64,000 nt of DNA from Parvularculaceae bacterium. GTDB taxonomy: Bacteria; Pseudomonadota; Alphaproteobacteria; Caulobacterales; Parvularculaceae. The position numbers and the translations under genes were made by a program. The DNA lies in NCBI GenBank assembly GCA_021776465.1, contig JAJFFU010000147.1, positions 5,465 to 69,464 on the forward strand. The letters run 5' to 3'. The notes beneath the pieces are model-generated. The model ran no database searches. It saw only the letters and a list, made by a program, of their open reading frames with translations, and was not told the origin of the DNA. Of the stretch, positions 29,289 through 39,391 are shown piece by piece. The number at the start of each line of letters is the position of its first letter. Positions within the stretch are counted from its first letter, which is position 1.

Positions 29289-30080
29289 TCACGCAGCGCT
29301 GAGGGCTGCCGTCAGTTGCGCTGATGTCGATGTAAAACCGAAACAGAAGCGAACATTGTGCAGCGTTGCCTGCATGCAAAAATCCGGCGATGTTGTCGCA
29401 ACGCAATCTTCAAGCATGATTGTGTCATAGCCATGGAAGTTGGCATCCATTTGCGTGCCGAGCACACAATGATCGGCATTCACGCCGGCGAAGAAAATTG
29501 TATTTACGTCAAGGTTTTTTAGTACTGAATCAAGCGGCGTGTCCCAGAAGCCGCTAATCCTGTGTTTGCTGATTTGAATATCGTCGGCAGCTTGATCTAA
29601 TTCGTCGATGATAGCCGCGCCCCATCCGCTTTCCTCAAGAACATTATATGTACCGTGTGCAGTTGTTATTTCACCTGCAAGGCCTGGCGCCAAGCCATTT
29701 GGATTGAATGGGTGCAAAGTTCCCGGTGAAAGGTTGTGCCTATCCGGGCGTACGCCCCAATTGAGCCAGATAACGGGCGCGCCAAGCGCGCGCAATGCAC
29801 CCGTTACATCGTTAATCGGCGACGAAAGGGCCTGCGCAGGGGTAACGTCAATTCCCATAGATGCAACCCATCCATCCGGCGCACAAAAGTCATTTTGCAT
29901 GTCGATGATTATGATCGCGGCGCGATGAACATCGAATACGACGCTCTGCGACTGCGCTTCCAATTCCACAGACTTCGAAACGCGCGCCGGGCGCCGCATG
30001 TCAACGAAATTCTCGGAGACGCGATAGAAGTTTCTGTCTGTCGCGCCCAGCACACTCCCTGCGTTTGAATTCTTGTTCAT
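29289..30080 (-). CDS. Isochorismatase-family cysteine hydrolase (RutB-like)
   Basis: IDMQNDFC (Asp), SKHRISGFW (Lys), GVNADHCV (Cys) triad. Confidence 0.88.
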   Translation of the reverse strand: MNKNSNAGSVLGATDRNFYRVSENFVDMRRPARVSKSVELEAQSQSVVFDVHRAAIIIIDMQNDFCAPDGWVASMGIDVTPAQALSSPINDVTGALRALGAPVIWLNWGVRPDRHNLSPGTLHPFNPNGLAPGLAGEITTAHGTYNVLEESGWGAAIIDELDQAADDIQISKHRISGFWDTPLDSVLKNLDVNTIFFAGVNADHCVLGTQMDANFHGYDTIMLEDCVATTSPDFCMQATLHNVRFCFGFTSTSAQLTAALSAA

Positions 30081-30253
30081 TGCGTTCGCCTCCATTGCCT
30101 AGGTCGCCGGCAGCGTATGCCATAATTGCATTATGTCAACGTTTTGTCATCGTTTCGAAGATATATCACGCAATGAAATAGTGATGGCCGACTAGCAGAC
30201 GTATGTGATACCAAGCAGAAACACACACAAAATGTTGGAATAAAGAGACGAAA

Positions 30254-30763
30254 ATGGGTGCAAAAAAAACTGCCACGCAAGATCCATCAGACGCTGAAGC
30301 TCTATCTGAGCTTGAGCTTTCACTGACGATCTTATGGAATTCGGTAAAACGGTGGATGGGTCAACGCAGCACAGAAGGCGTGTTGAATGGACTATCCGAT
30401 CTCGATGTCTTTCTGATGCATTTACTCGTTTATCGCGACCGTCAATTGCGCGCTAATGATCTCGCTTTTGCCTTATCGATCGATGACATGCACCTGGTTT
30501 CTTATTCGTTGAAAAAACTCGTTCGCATGGAAGCAATCACTAGCACGAAAGTCGGAAAGGAGGTTTTTTATAAAGCGGGCAGTAAAGCAAAGTCCCATTA
30601 TCGAGAGTTCTTGGAGGATCGCGCTCGCTTTCTTGAACCAGCTTTGAAACATCTCAATTACGGCGACTATGACTTGGAGTCGCTGGGTCAGTTACTGCGA
30701 GCGCTTTCAGGCGTTTACGAACAAGCCGCGCGAACGGCGGCATCGGCAAAGGGCGGTTCCTAA
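30254..30763 (+). CDS. Winged-helix MarR-like regulator (COG5631 type)
   Basis: LSELELSL...RW, DLAFALSIDD.HLVSYSLKKL, GKEVFY, LRALSGVYEQAAR. Confidence 0.8.
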   Translation: MGAKKTATQDPSDAEALSELELSLTILWNSVKRWMGQRSTEGVLNGLSDLDVFLMHLLVYRDRQLRANDLAFALSIDDMHLVSYSLKKLVRMEAITSTKVGKEVFYKAGSKAKSHYREFLEDRARFLEPALKHLNYGDYDLESLGQLLRALSGVYEQAARTAASAKGGS

Positions 30764-31002
30764 TCGCAATAACATTCGAAGCGTCGAAAAAAGTCGCTGT
30801 TTATGTTTTACAATCGGCGAACAAGTAGCTGCTAAGCGGCATCGGATAGTTAAGCACCCAATCCAATTCAAAACGTTGATCGAGTTTTGGGTAACCATTC
30901 TAGTCACAAGGTTAATTGGTAATCGCGAGCTGTGCGGTTCGATAGCGCGAATTAGAAACACTATTTCAGCGGTTTGGAGGATTGAGAATCAAGCGTGGGC
31001 AT

Positions 31003-31290
31003 CCGCGGGCCGTCAAAATTGATCCCAATATGTCGATTGCGACCGTTTATCGGACGATGAAGCTTTTCGACGACGCTGGCGTTGTTACCCGCCACGAGTT
31101 CCAGGACGGGCGATCACGTTATGAGGAAAGATCGGAAGACCATCACGATCATTTAATCGATGTCCGCAGCGGCAAGATTATTGAATTTACGAGTGAAGAA
31201 ATCGAACGTTTGCAAAAGGTAATCGCTGAGGAACACGGTTATAAAATTCTGTTCCACAGGCTGGAGCTTTATGGCGTTCCGATTGGGTAA
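31003..31290 (+). pseudogene. fur: 5'-truncated Fur/Mur-family regulator
   Basis: IDPNMSIATVYRT.KLF, RHEF.DGRSRYE, HHDHLID, IEF, HRLELYG. The first roughly 45 aa, including most of the N-terminal helices, are missing. Confidence 0.8.
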
Positions 31291-31404
31291 GAAAACACCG
31301 AACGAAAATAAACTGAACGTCGCTATATTGCGTCAATGCAGAATTAGCGCGTTTCGGAAATCGATTTTATTATGACGTCGCTTCAACAACGGTGTGAAAG
31401 AAGA

Positions 31405-31960
31405 GCATGAGCCATCATTGAAACACAGCCGCCTGCGTTTCGGCTGTTTCATCGGCACTTTGAGGCCCTCACGCGCCCAGATCCTTGCAACGCGTTTGTG
31501 GCTCACATGCCAGACATCAGTCTTCAGAAGCGCCGCGATCCGTTTGTAGCCGTAGCGCCCGTACCGCGTCGCCAGCTTAATGATGGCGAAGGTCAGCGCA
31601 TCTTCATCATCAGCCCGCTTCGGTGTGCGCCACTGCAATGACCGGCGCTGCTTCAACAAACGGCATGTCCGGTGTTCCGATACGCCAAGCCTGCCGCAGG
31701 CATGATCAATGAACTCGCGCTGCGCGAGCCCCTACCAGTTTCCCTCCGTAGTTTCCTTCAGGGTCGCCTTGACGAGTTCGGCGTCTGCAAGAAGCCGTTT
31801 CAGCCTGGCATTCTCCTTCTCCAGATCCTTCAGGCGCTTGGTCTGCTCGACCTTCATCCCGCCATACACCTGGCGCCACCGGTAAGATATGATCTTGTTG
31901 ACACTCAGCCGGCGGATCACTTCCCCGACATCGCTCTTCTCCCTTGATGCAGCCATGTTA
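31405..31960 (-). mobile_element. Truncated IS3-family (IS407-group) element: orfA and the start of orfB
   Basis: orfA YRWR..YGGM...KRLKDLEKENARLKRLLAD...GNW*; orfB RYGYKRI...HKRVARIW.REGLKVP.KQPKR..L..NDGSC. Similarity then stops, with no DDE core. Confidence 0.88.
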
Positions 31961-32033
31961 CTACCTTCATGTGGCTGTGTTCAAAGGCGTCGGATCAATC
32001 GCACATTGTACCCGCTCAGCGCTCAAAACCTAA

Positions 32034-33791
32034 TTACTCAACTTCACCATATACCGCGCGCCCCTGAAACAACGTGAACATTACGCTGGCCTCAGAGATG
32101 TCCGCCGCCGGAATCGAGAATATATCCGTATCAAGAACAATCAAGTCGGCGCTTTTTCCCGGTGTAATAGAGCCTGTGACATCTTCCAGATTGTTCGCGA
32201 TGGCGACATTTATCGTGTATGCCCGCACTGCGTCCTCAAGGGTTACACCCTCCTGTGACAAAAGCGGACCCGTTTCTGGAGCATCGTAATTCGTGCGCGT
32301 CACAGCGACCTCAAGCCCTAGCAACGGGTCAGCAGCGCCCACCGGCCAGTCCGCGCCATAGGCGAGCATGCCGCCGCCTTGCAACACGCTATTGGCCGGA
32401 TAAATATTGTTTGAGCGTTCAGGGCCAATCGCTTGTTTCGTCATTTCCATATAGGGATAATTACTCGCCCAGGTCGGCTGGAACACAGCGATTGCGCCCA
32501 GTTCACCAAACCGTGGTTGATCGTCGGGATCGATGACATTGAGATGAGAGATCATCGGGCGCAGGGCTGAACCATTTTGCGCCTTTGATTCTGCAAAAGC
32601 ATCGAGCGCAACGCGAACCGCACGATCACCGATCGCATGCACATGTGACTGAAGCCCTTCGGCGCCAAGCTGGACCACTGCAGACGTAAGTATGTCCGGC
32701 CCTATTTGAAGCGGACCGCGTTCACCATCGCCACCTTGGTAAGGCAAGATCATCGCTGACGTACGTTGTGGTATCACCCCATCCACATAGAATTTCACTG
32801 ATTTTGCGTGCAATCCCCATTCAGTCGCCTGCCGCGACACGTCAAGGATGACTGGAATTTGATCAAGGGTGCGTTCGTTCGCCCATTTGAACGCCAATGT
32901 AACATGGGCCGTCAATGCACCGCTGTCTTGCACCGCCTTATAGGCGGTCATGGTTTCACTTTTGCCGTCGGCATTCAGGTCAATGCCTGCATCGTGCCAG
33001 GATGTGATGCCAAAGCTGTTGAACAGGTTCGCGACATACAAAATGGACTGCTGCATTTCCGCAGCGCTGGGCTTCGGAATGAACTCGCCCACAAGCTCCA
33101 TCGCAGATTCCTGCAGCCCGCCAACTGCTTCGCCGGTCTCCTCATCGCGGTCAATTTTCCCGTTTTCAGGATCAGGCGTATCTTTATCAATCCCGGCAAG
33201 TTCGAGGGCCTTTGAATTTACCCAATAAGTGTGGCCGCCAACCGACTCAAATATTAGGGCGCGCTCAGTTGTGACTTCGTCAAGTAGCTCTTTACGAGGC
33301 ACGCCATTGGGCGGGAACATTGAATCGCCCCAACCTACGCCATAAACTGGATCGTCGCCGGGACTCGCGGCAACGCAACCAGCGATTATCTCCTGGTATT
33401 CTTCAATACTCCCGCCCTCATGCAGCGAGCATCTAGAATATGACATGCCGCCAAAAATTGGGTGCACATGCGCATCGCCGAAGGCGGGCATGAGCAGGCG
33501 GCCATTCAGGTCTACAACCCGGGTACTGGATGCCTGTAACTCAGCGATTTCGTCGCTTGCACCGACTGCGAGAATTCTTCCGTCGCTGATCGCGACCGCC
33601 TCGGCCCACGGTTGTTCTTCGTTTACTGTGTAAACTTTAGCATTTGTAAAAATGAGATCCGCCGTTGTGGTTGGCGTTGTGTCGCTGTCGCACGCGACGG
33701 CGCCAGCAACGAATAGCGCCGCAACCACGCCAGTGCGCGCCGTAACGCGCAACTGACGCAAAGGTTGGCTTCCTACAAACAACATTTTCAT
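32034..33791 (-). CDS. Exported amidohydrolase-3 (YtcJ/NfdA-like), probable lipoprotein
   Basis: Lipobox-like AVAC, P.F.DAHVH, VKFYVDG, HAIGDRA, G.DWPV, GSI.PGK.AD. Confidence 0.9.
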   Translation of the reverse strand: MKMLFVGSQPLRQLRVTARTGVVAALFVAGAVACDSDTTPTTTADLIFTNAKVYTVNEEQPWAEAVAISDGRILAVGASDEIAELQASSTRVVDLNGRLLMPAFGDAHVHPIFGGMSYSRCSLHEGGSIEEYQEIIAGCVAASPGDDPVYGVGWGDSMFPPNGVPRKELLDEVTTERALIFESVGGHTYWVNSKALELAGIDKDTPDPENGKIDRDEETGEAVGGLQESAMELVGEFIPKPSAAEMQQSILYVANLFNSFGITSWHDAGIDLNADGKSETMTAYKAVQDSGALTAHVTLAFKWANERTLDQIPVILDVSRQATEWGLHAKSVKFYVDGVIPQRTSAMILPYQGGDGERGPLQIGPDILTSAVVQLGAEGLQSHVHAIGDRAVRVALDAFAESKAQNGSALRPMISHLNVIDPDDQPRFGELGAIAVFQPTWASNYPYMEMTKQAIGPERSNNIYPANSVLQGGGMLAYGADWPVGAADPLLGLEVAVTRTNYDAPETGPLLSQEGVTLEDAVRAYTINVAIANNLEDVTGSITPGKSADLIVLDTDIFSIPAADISEASVMFTLFQGRAVYGEVE

Positions 33792-33973
33792 CCCGTCCCC
33801 TGATTATTCACAAACTGAAAGACGCAGTTTAGGTGGTTCCACGCGCCATTCGCATCTTAAACGCAACGTTGGCCGCGAAATGACCTGTTATAAAAGGTAT
33901 TCGTCAGCAAAACCGGGTAAAATCGGCTTCGGGCCTATCGACGCTGCATTTCAAGGCCCAAGACCGGCCTGAA

Positions 33974-34645
33974 TCAATTCTCCGCCCACATCCGCCACAA
34001 ATCGCTTGTGTTGCGCGTCAAAGTGTCGAAGGCGGGGGTTTTTCCTGTTTCCGCAAACATCGTCGCACGTAAGTTTTCAAGCTCGAAGAGCACCCTGCGC
34101 TTGTCGCCTTCACGCACGAGGCTCTGTATCCAGCCAACAGCAACATCACGTCGACCGGAAACGACCTCCGTCACCTGATGCAGCGAGTTTGCAGGATAAA
34201 GAACCGCTGCCCCCGCAGAAAGTTTAAACGACCGCGTACCCGCCGGTTCGTCTATCTCAAGCTCGCCGCCCTCGTAGCTCTCTGGATCAGAAAGAAAAAG
34301 CGTGAAGGCAAGATCGATACGCGTTTGCGGCGCCTCACCCATGAGCGCGTTATCGACATGCGGTCCGTAACTCATGCCAGACGTATACCGGCTAAACAGA
34401 ATGGGCCGCACGACTTTCGGCATTGACGCCATGGCAAAATAACGGTTCACCGCCAACGCTTCCGAAACTAGAGACTGAAGAACATCATAGTCGCCAGAGT
34501 TGTTGGCGACCTGCTTGTTTTTCTTCACATTGGCGGCTGCCCATCCGGCGGTCTCGCGACCGTCGATAAAGGCTTGTTTATCCATCATGGCGGACAGCTT
34601 AGAAAGCTGATCAGCGTTGAGGATATCCGGTATGCAGATAAGCAA
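33974..34645 (-). CDS. piuC: PKHD-type Fe(II)/2-oxoglutarate dioxygenase (PiuC/YbiX)
   Basis: DG..TAG..A..VK.N.Q, YG.HVDNA, TLFLSDP..YEGGEL, YP..SLH.V..V..G.R, WIQS.VR. Confidence 0.9.
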   Translation of the reverse strand: MLICIPDILNADQLSKLSAMMDKQAFIDGRETAGWAAANVKKNKQVANNSGDYDVLQSLVSEALAVNRYFAMASMPKVVRPILFSRYTSGMSYGPHVDNALMGEAPQTRIDLAFTLFLSDPESYEGGELEIDEPAGTRSFKLSAGAAVLYPANSLHQVTEVVSGRRDVAVGWIQSLVREGDKRRVLFELENLRATMFAETGKTPAFDTLTRNTSDLWRMWAEN

Positions 34646-34663
34646 AACTACCCTTTCTCACTG

Positions 34664-35278
34664 CTACATGTCGCGTGCAGCGCCTTTCTTTAAGGCGTGC
34701 GCCTTACCGGAAACAGTTCCATCCGGCTTTACCATCGCCACGCTATCCATGATGAAGAACATCGTATAGCAGCCTTTGATTTGTGTGCTGCCCGCCCATG
34801 CAATGTCGACACAAAGCTGGTGGTCTTTGGCTTCCCAAGTACCCGTAACCGGCTCTTCCACCTGCGCGCTGCAGACACCTTCATACAGCAAGAAACCGTC
34901 ACCTGGTACTTCAGTCTTCGGACAGCTCTTCACATCGACCTGATCGTAACGGATATTGTATCCCCCGACTTTGCCGTCTGGGCTATATTGATGTGTGTAA
35001 TGGTAGGCGATCGCTAGCGAATTGCCTGAGACTGCTTTCCCGATTTGTTCAGTGGTCAATGCTGGAACGGAAAGCGTTGGCCATACTTTGTGTACGCCGA
35101 TGCCGTTTTCGCCACCCTCGCCCGCCATCATAAGCGACAACGCTTTGTCAAAGCCCGAAGGATATACGAAGTCGGTTGGTTCAGCGACGTTAGGCGCGTC
35201 AGCCGCTGCGGCAGGCAAGGACATCACCGCTGCCGTACCGACTGCAGCGGACCAGAGTTTGATTGTAAATTTATGCAT
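34664..35278 (-). CDS. Secreted hypothetical protein (DUF995-like C-terminal region, 4 Cys)
   Basis: Signal peptide ending PAAA-A; GEGGENG motif; LTTEQI..AVSGNSL...GTW....QLC....W...CY; 18 bp upstream of piuC. Confidence 0.65.
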   Translation of the reverse strand: MHKFTIKLWSAAVGTAAVMSLPAAAADAPNVAEPTDFVYPSGFDKALSLMMAGEGGENGIGVHKVWPTLSVPALTTEQIGKAVSGNSLAIAYHYTHQYSPDGKVGGYNIRYDQVDVKSCPKTEVPGDGFLLYEGVCSAQVEEPVTGTWEAKDHQLCVDIAWAGSTQIKGCYTMFFIMDSVAMVKPDGTVSGKAHALKKGAARDM

Positions 35279-35634
35279 AATTTGGAACCTCGTTTGAATT
35301 AAGACATACCAACAACCAAATCGGCCCGCGCAAACGCACAAACCAAACCAGTTCTAAGCTTATGAAAGACATCATAGCTCACCGCATTGATCAGCAAATT
35401 CGGCGGGTAACCTGTGGCAATTAAAGGTAAACCCGGCTGCGGCCGGCAAGAGCGCTGTCCTCGGCCTTCAGACATAGGGTGAAACAACGCCATCAAGGGA
35501 AATGACGTAGAATTGCGGGTTTGCTTTGGTGTATTTTTGGAGTTTACCCGCTTGTGGCAGCGCATAACCCTTTCGATCCATTGCTCCGGCACTCGCACAG
35601 AAGCATAATGTAACGATATAAAAGGGACGCTAGG

Positions 35635-36099
35635 ATGATAAAGAGATTCTCGTGCACAATTTTCGCTCTGTTTTTTGCAGGCATCGCCCACGCACAAGCG
35701 CAATCATCGACCCCGGAAGTAGAAATGACGACACCGGTGTTCGAAATGTTCCGGCTCGCTCCGGGGCAAACCGAACCTTTTATTCGCAGTATGGCGGAAT
35801 GGGATAAGGTCAGCATTGCCGGCGACCAGCCCCCCACGCAGTTGTTTCTACATGCTGGCGGCGAAGGCTGGGATGTCCTGCTCTACAAACCGTCACGTCC
35901 CAAGCCGACACCAGCGCAAAACGCGGCTATGGCTTTGAAGATTAAAGAATTGGGCTTGCCTACTGGGGCGTTATATTATGTGACGGTGCGGGAGAAAATG
36001 GCTGACCACGTTCATTTTGAAGCGTCCGGACCGACTACGGCGGCCCAATGGGTTGCAGAAATTGACCGCTTACGCGCGGAAATGAGCACCAAAGAATAA
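35635..36099 (+). CDS. Secreted hypothetical protein
   Basis: Clear signal peptide (AHA-Q) and a globular-looking mature part (EMFRLAPG, LFLH..G.GWD); divergent from the previous gene. Confidence 0.7.
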   Translation: MIKRFSCTIFALFFAGIAHAQAQSSTPEVEMTTPVFEMFRLAPGQTEPFIRSMAEWDKVSIAGDQPPTQLFLHAGGEGWDVLLYKPSRPKPTPAQNAAMALKIKELGLPTGALYYVTVREKMADHVHFEASGPTTAAQWVAEIDRLRAEMSTKE

Positions 36100-36849
36100 A
36101 TACCGCTTTCACTGCCCACGCGTTACAATGCCGTACCGCTCGCACGATACTAGGGTGGCGACTTTACTCCTTATCCTTGTGCGGCACCTCAAAGAATAAT
36201 TAAATCCATAAATAAGACTGAAGCAGCCAGTCATGTTGACGCCGTTCTTGCTCCACAGGCATGATGCGCACAAAAACATTCTGAAATAATGTGTAAAAGG
36301 CAAACCGCGAAACCGCATCGTCACGGATACAGCGTCCACTGGAAGCTTCGCGTCGGGTCAATTCGCCATCCGAATTCAGCAGCGGCGCAATGCACGCGCA
36401 TTACTACACGTAAGCAACACAAGATTCCGTTGTCGCCACTCGCCAGGGTCAGTGCCTTGATAGTTTAGGAAGTTGGCATTGGACTCCCCTAAGAGGCCGA
36501 CACTGTCCCTTACTTCACGTCGATGTCACATACGTTATGAGCGCGATGCCGACCGGCTGAAGCGCAAAGAGGCCCTATGGAGGATGAACTCCGCCAGCCA
36601 TGACCGCCTAATTCAAAGGCAAAAGAACACTGGCCGGCGATCGCACTGTCACCGAAATATGCAGGCAACCCAGTTCAGCGTATCACTGTCATCCAACATG
36701 ACATGGACCAAATGATTAAGTCTTGGCCGCCTGGATCCCAAGCCTTTTTACAACCGTGCACAGCATGAGTCGCCGAACCGGAGACGCGTGCATCATAGCA
36801 TCTTATTTCGGTTGACCGTTCAAGAAAGCGCACAAACCCAGGGTCCAAT

Positions 36850-36883
36850 GCAAATCGGGCAGGCCACGAATGGTCCTGCCCGA
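36850..36883 (-). terminator. Stem-loop with UUCG loop after the TonB siderophore receptor
   Basis: TCGGGCAGG-A-CCA-TTCG-TGG-CCTGCCCGA-TTT on the minus strand, about 20 bp after the stop codon. Confidence 0.6.
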
Positions 36884-36903
36884 CTCCACAGTATCGATTG
36901 CGA

Positions 36904-38988
36904 TTAGAACCTGTATGACAATGTACCGTTGAACAATTGCTCGTCGCCGTATTGGCAAGAGCCAAATTGACTACAAGACGAATAGTAGAACTCATCGAGC
37001 AAATTGATCACATTTACCCGCAGTTCCCAGTTCTTATATTCGGCCGACGCCATCGCATCGACGAGCGTGTAGCTGGGAACTTCAATATAGAGAGGCGAAA
37101 CAGTGTCGCCGCTTGTCCGTTTGCTAACATGCCTTGCGCCGGCGCCTATCCGGAAAACAAGATCGTTTCCGGCCTCAATAGTTTTTGTTGCAAACAAGCT
37201 AGCGGTATCTTGCGGTTGTGTATCTAACTGCCTGTTTTCTCCTGAGATGCGAGTAGAATTGTGAGAATAACTCGCCGTAATCGCGATATCCCCTGGAACG
37301 CGGTGATCCGCCTGGATTTCAAAGCCCTTCGACGTGATAAATCCAGATTGAACGCTCGTCAGCGGATTTAGTGGATCAGGCCGCAGGGCATTCATTTCCC
37401 TGATCCGGTAATAGCCTGCACGCACCAATGTATTTCTCAATGGCTGCCACTTGATGCCACCCTCATATTGCTCACCCTCAAGCGGCACATATGAGTTGCC
37501 GAACTGGTTTAGGCCCGAAACCGGTTCGAAGGACTGCGAGAAACTGGCATAGGGCGAAATGGTGTCGGTCACATCAACCGTTAACCCAGCCCGAAAGGTT
37601 GTCGCCTTGGCGTCCTGATCGGGTGAGAACGTGTCCGTCTGATCGACATTGTCGTGCCTTACCCCAACCACAAGCGAAGCGCGATCGGCAATTCGCATCT
37701 GATTCTGCACATAGAAACCGTAAGATTTCTGCACTTGTGTCGCCTCGGCTCCAAAAGCAGCAGCTGGCGCAGCGCCATAGACCGGGTTGTAGATATCTAG
37801 TGTCCCACCGCCAAAGAATGCGAATGCCTGCGAAGTTACCTGTTCAAAACGAGCATAATCGGCGCCGACAAGCACCTTATGCTGGATGAAGCCCGTATCG
37901 AAATTTATTACAGCGTGGTTCGCAGTGTTAAATACTTTATAATCAGCATTGATCGCAAACAGGTGTCGAGCAACCGTGGTGTTGGCTACATCTATAAACG
38001 GATCCAAAGGGTTGCTGAAATAGTCCCCATAAATTTCGCCATATTCTGTATGAGCGTCTTGATAACGAGATGAGCTATGGAAACTCACCGCATCCGAAAA
38101 TTCATGATTGATGATCAATGTGGCCTGAACGTCTCGTTTCGGCCCTTTGTTGAATTCTGGCTCGCCTATCTGGGTCCGGCGACTGACCCGCGGATTGCCT
38201 AAATCATCAGCCAGATATGTCGCGGCCGACGGCGCAAATTGCACTGGACCCGTATAATCCCTGTGAAACAAGCCGAGGAAAGTCACATCTGTCGAATTGC
38301 TGGGCTTCCATGTTATCGAGGGTTGAATGACAACACGGTCGTCGGGGGTGCCGCGTTGGACCATATTCGAGTCCCGAAAGACACCGACAACACGCGCTGC
38401 AATTGTATCGCTTAAAGGACCAGTTACATCCAACACCGCCTCTTTGCGATCATACGTGCCGTAACTAATCGAAGCTGAGCCGCCAAATTCGAACTGCGGG
38501 CGCTTGCTTTGCATGTTAACAAGCCCGCCAGAGCTTCCCGCGCCGTACAGAACGGCTGATGGCCCAAGCAGAACCTCTAACCGTTCAAGTGTATTAGGGT
38601 CTGCGCGCGGCGTATAAACGAAACCGAAGTTTCGCTTCAACCCATCAAGATACGTGGCGGCGAAAAACCCTCTGATGTTATTGAAATCGCCGCGCGTATC
38701 GTCACCGCCACTGGTTACGCCAGCTGTATAGCGCAGCGCTTCACGGATGTTTTGTGCACCCTGCTCTTTGATCTGCTCGATCGTTACCACCGTGATCGAT
38801 TGAGGTATCTCGGTATTTGGCGTGTCAGTTTTTGTAGCGGTAACGGCGCGCGTCACACCGGTTACGATGATTTCGTCTTTCTCGCCGTCGCTTTGCGCCA
38901 AGGCCGTCGCATGAATAGCCAGCGCAGCAGACGACACTGTCAGCATATATCTTGCGGTCTTCGGCAATTTTATATAATTCTGAGCCAT
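36904..38988 (-). CDS. TonB-dependent siderophore-type receptor (FhuA/FoxA-like)
   Basis: TATKTDTP..EIPQSITVV, ALRYTAGV, ERLEVLLGPSAVLYG, SKRP, PY.SFS.SFEP, G.QYE.GIKW, C...C near the C-terminus, terminal YRF. Confidence 0.93.
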   Translation of the reverse strand: MAQNYIKLPKTARYMLTVSSAALAIHATALAQSDGEKDEIIVTGVTRAVTATKTDTPNTEIPQSITVVTIEQIKEQGAQNIREALRYTAGVTSGGDDTRGDFNNIRGFFAATYLDGLKRNFGFVYTPRADPNTLERLEVLLGPSAVLYGAGSSGGLVNMQSKRPQFEFGGSASISYGTYDRKEAVLDVTGPLSDTIAARVVGVFRDSNMVQRGTPDDRVVIQPSITWKPSNSTDVTFLGLFHRDYTGPVQFAPSAATYLADDLGNPRVSRRTQIGEPEFNKGPKRDVQATLIINHEFSDAVSFHSSSRYQDAHTEYGEIYGDYFSNPLDPFIDVANTTVARHLFAINADYKVFNTANHAVINFDTGFIQHKVLVGADYARFEQVTSQAFAFFGGGTLDIYNPVYGAAPAAAFGAEATQVQKSYGFYVQNQMRIADRASLVVGVRHDNVDQTDTFSPDQDAKATTFRAGLTVDVTDTISPYASFSQSFEPVSGLNQFGNSYVPLEGEQYEGGIKWQPLRNTLVRAGYYRIREMNALRPDPLNPLTSVQSGFITSKGFEIQADHRVPGDIAITASYSHNSTRISGENRQLDTQPQDTASLFATKTIEAGNDLVFRIGAGARHVSKRTSGDTVSPLYIEVPSYTLVDAMASAEYKNWELRVNVINLLDEFYYSSCSQFGSCQYGDEQLFNGTLSYRF

Positions 38989-39064
38989 GTCGGCCCCCCT
39001 CTGATATTCGTTACGGATTGCATAATCCTACAGGCGCAAAGAGCGCGAATGGTAGTTGGGAAGG

Positions 39065-39317
39065 GGGTAACCGGGAGAGTCTTTGGGTAAGAAAGGCATG
39101 GCTTGGGTTACTGACAGCCGGCGCGCTCTAGACCGGACAATCAGCCCACGGTCGCGCTCACAAATCTATGCAGATCGATAGCGGAAAGAAATTGCCCCCC
39201 GTCCGTCCCAAAGTTTGCTGCGCTCCTTCCCCATGAAACCTGCTTAATGCCAGTTTTTGCAAAAATACTCTCTTTACCGCAAAATATTAGCTTACCCTCT
39301 ATTGAGTGAGACTACCC
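39065..39317. promoter_or_regulatory. Operator-like arrays of GGGTAA/TTACCC at 20-bp spacing between divergent genes
   Basis: GGGTAA 39065, GGGTAA 39085, GGGTTA 39105; TTACCG 39274, TTACCC 39292, CTACCC 39312. Confidence 0.7.
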
Positions 39318-39391
39318 AAAACAGCTTTTGGCGCTTCCTCATTGTTATGAGAAGGACTAAGGCTATTCCCTAGTCGGGAGGGGATTGAAGC

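Noticed and set aside
36100-36850. Short ORFs (36109-36339, 36473-36715, 36675-36995) in a 750-bp gap
   Set aside because: No family motifs or convincing starts; may be decayed DNA, but I cannot support a call.
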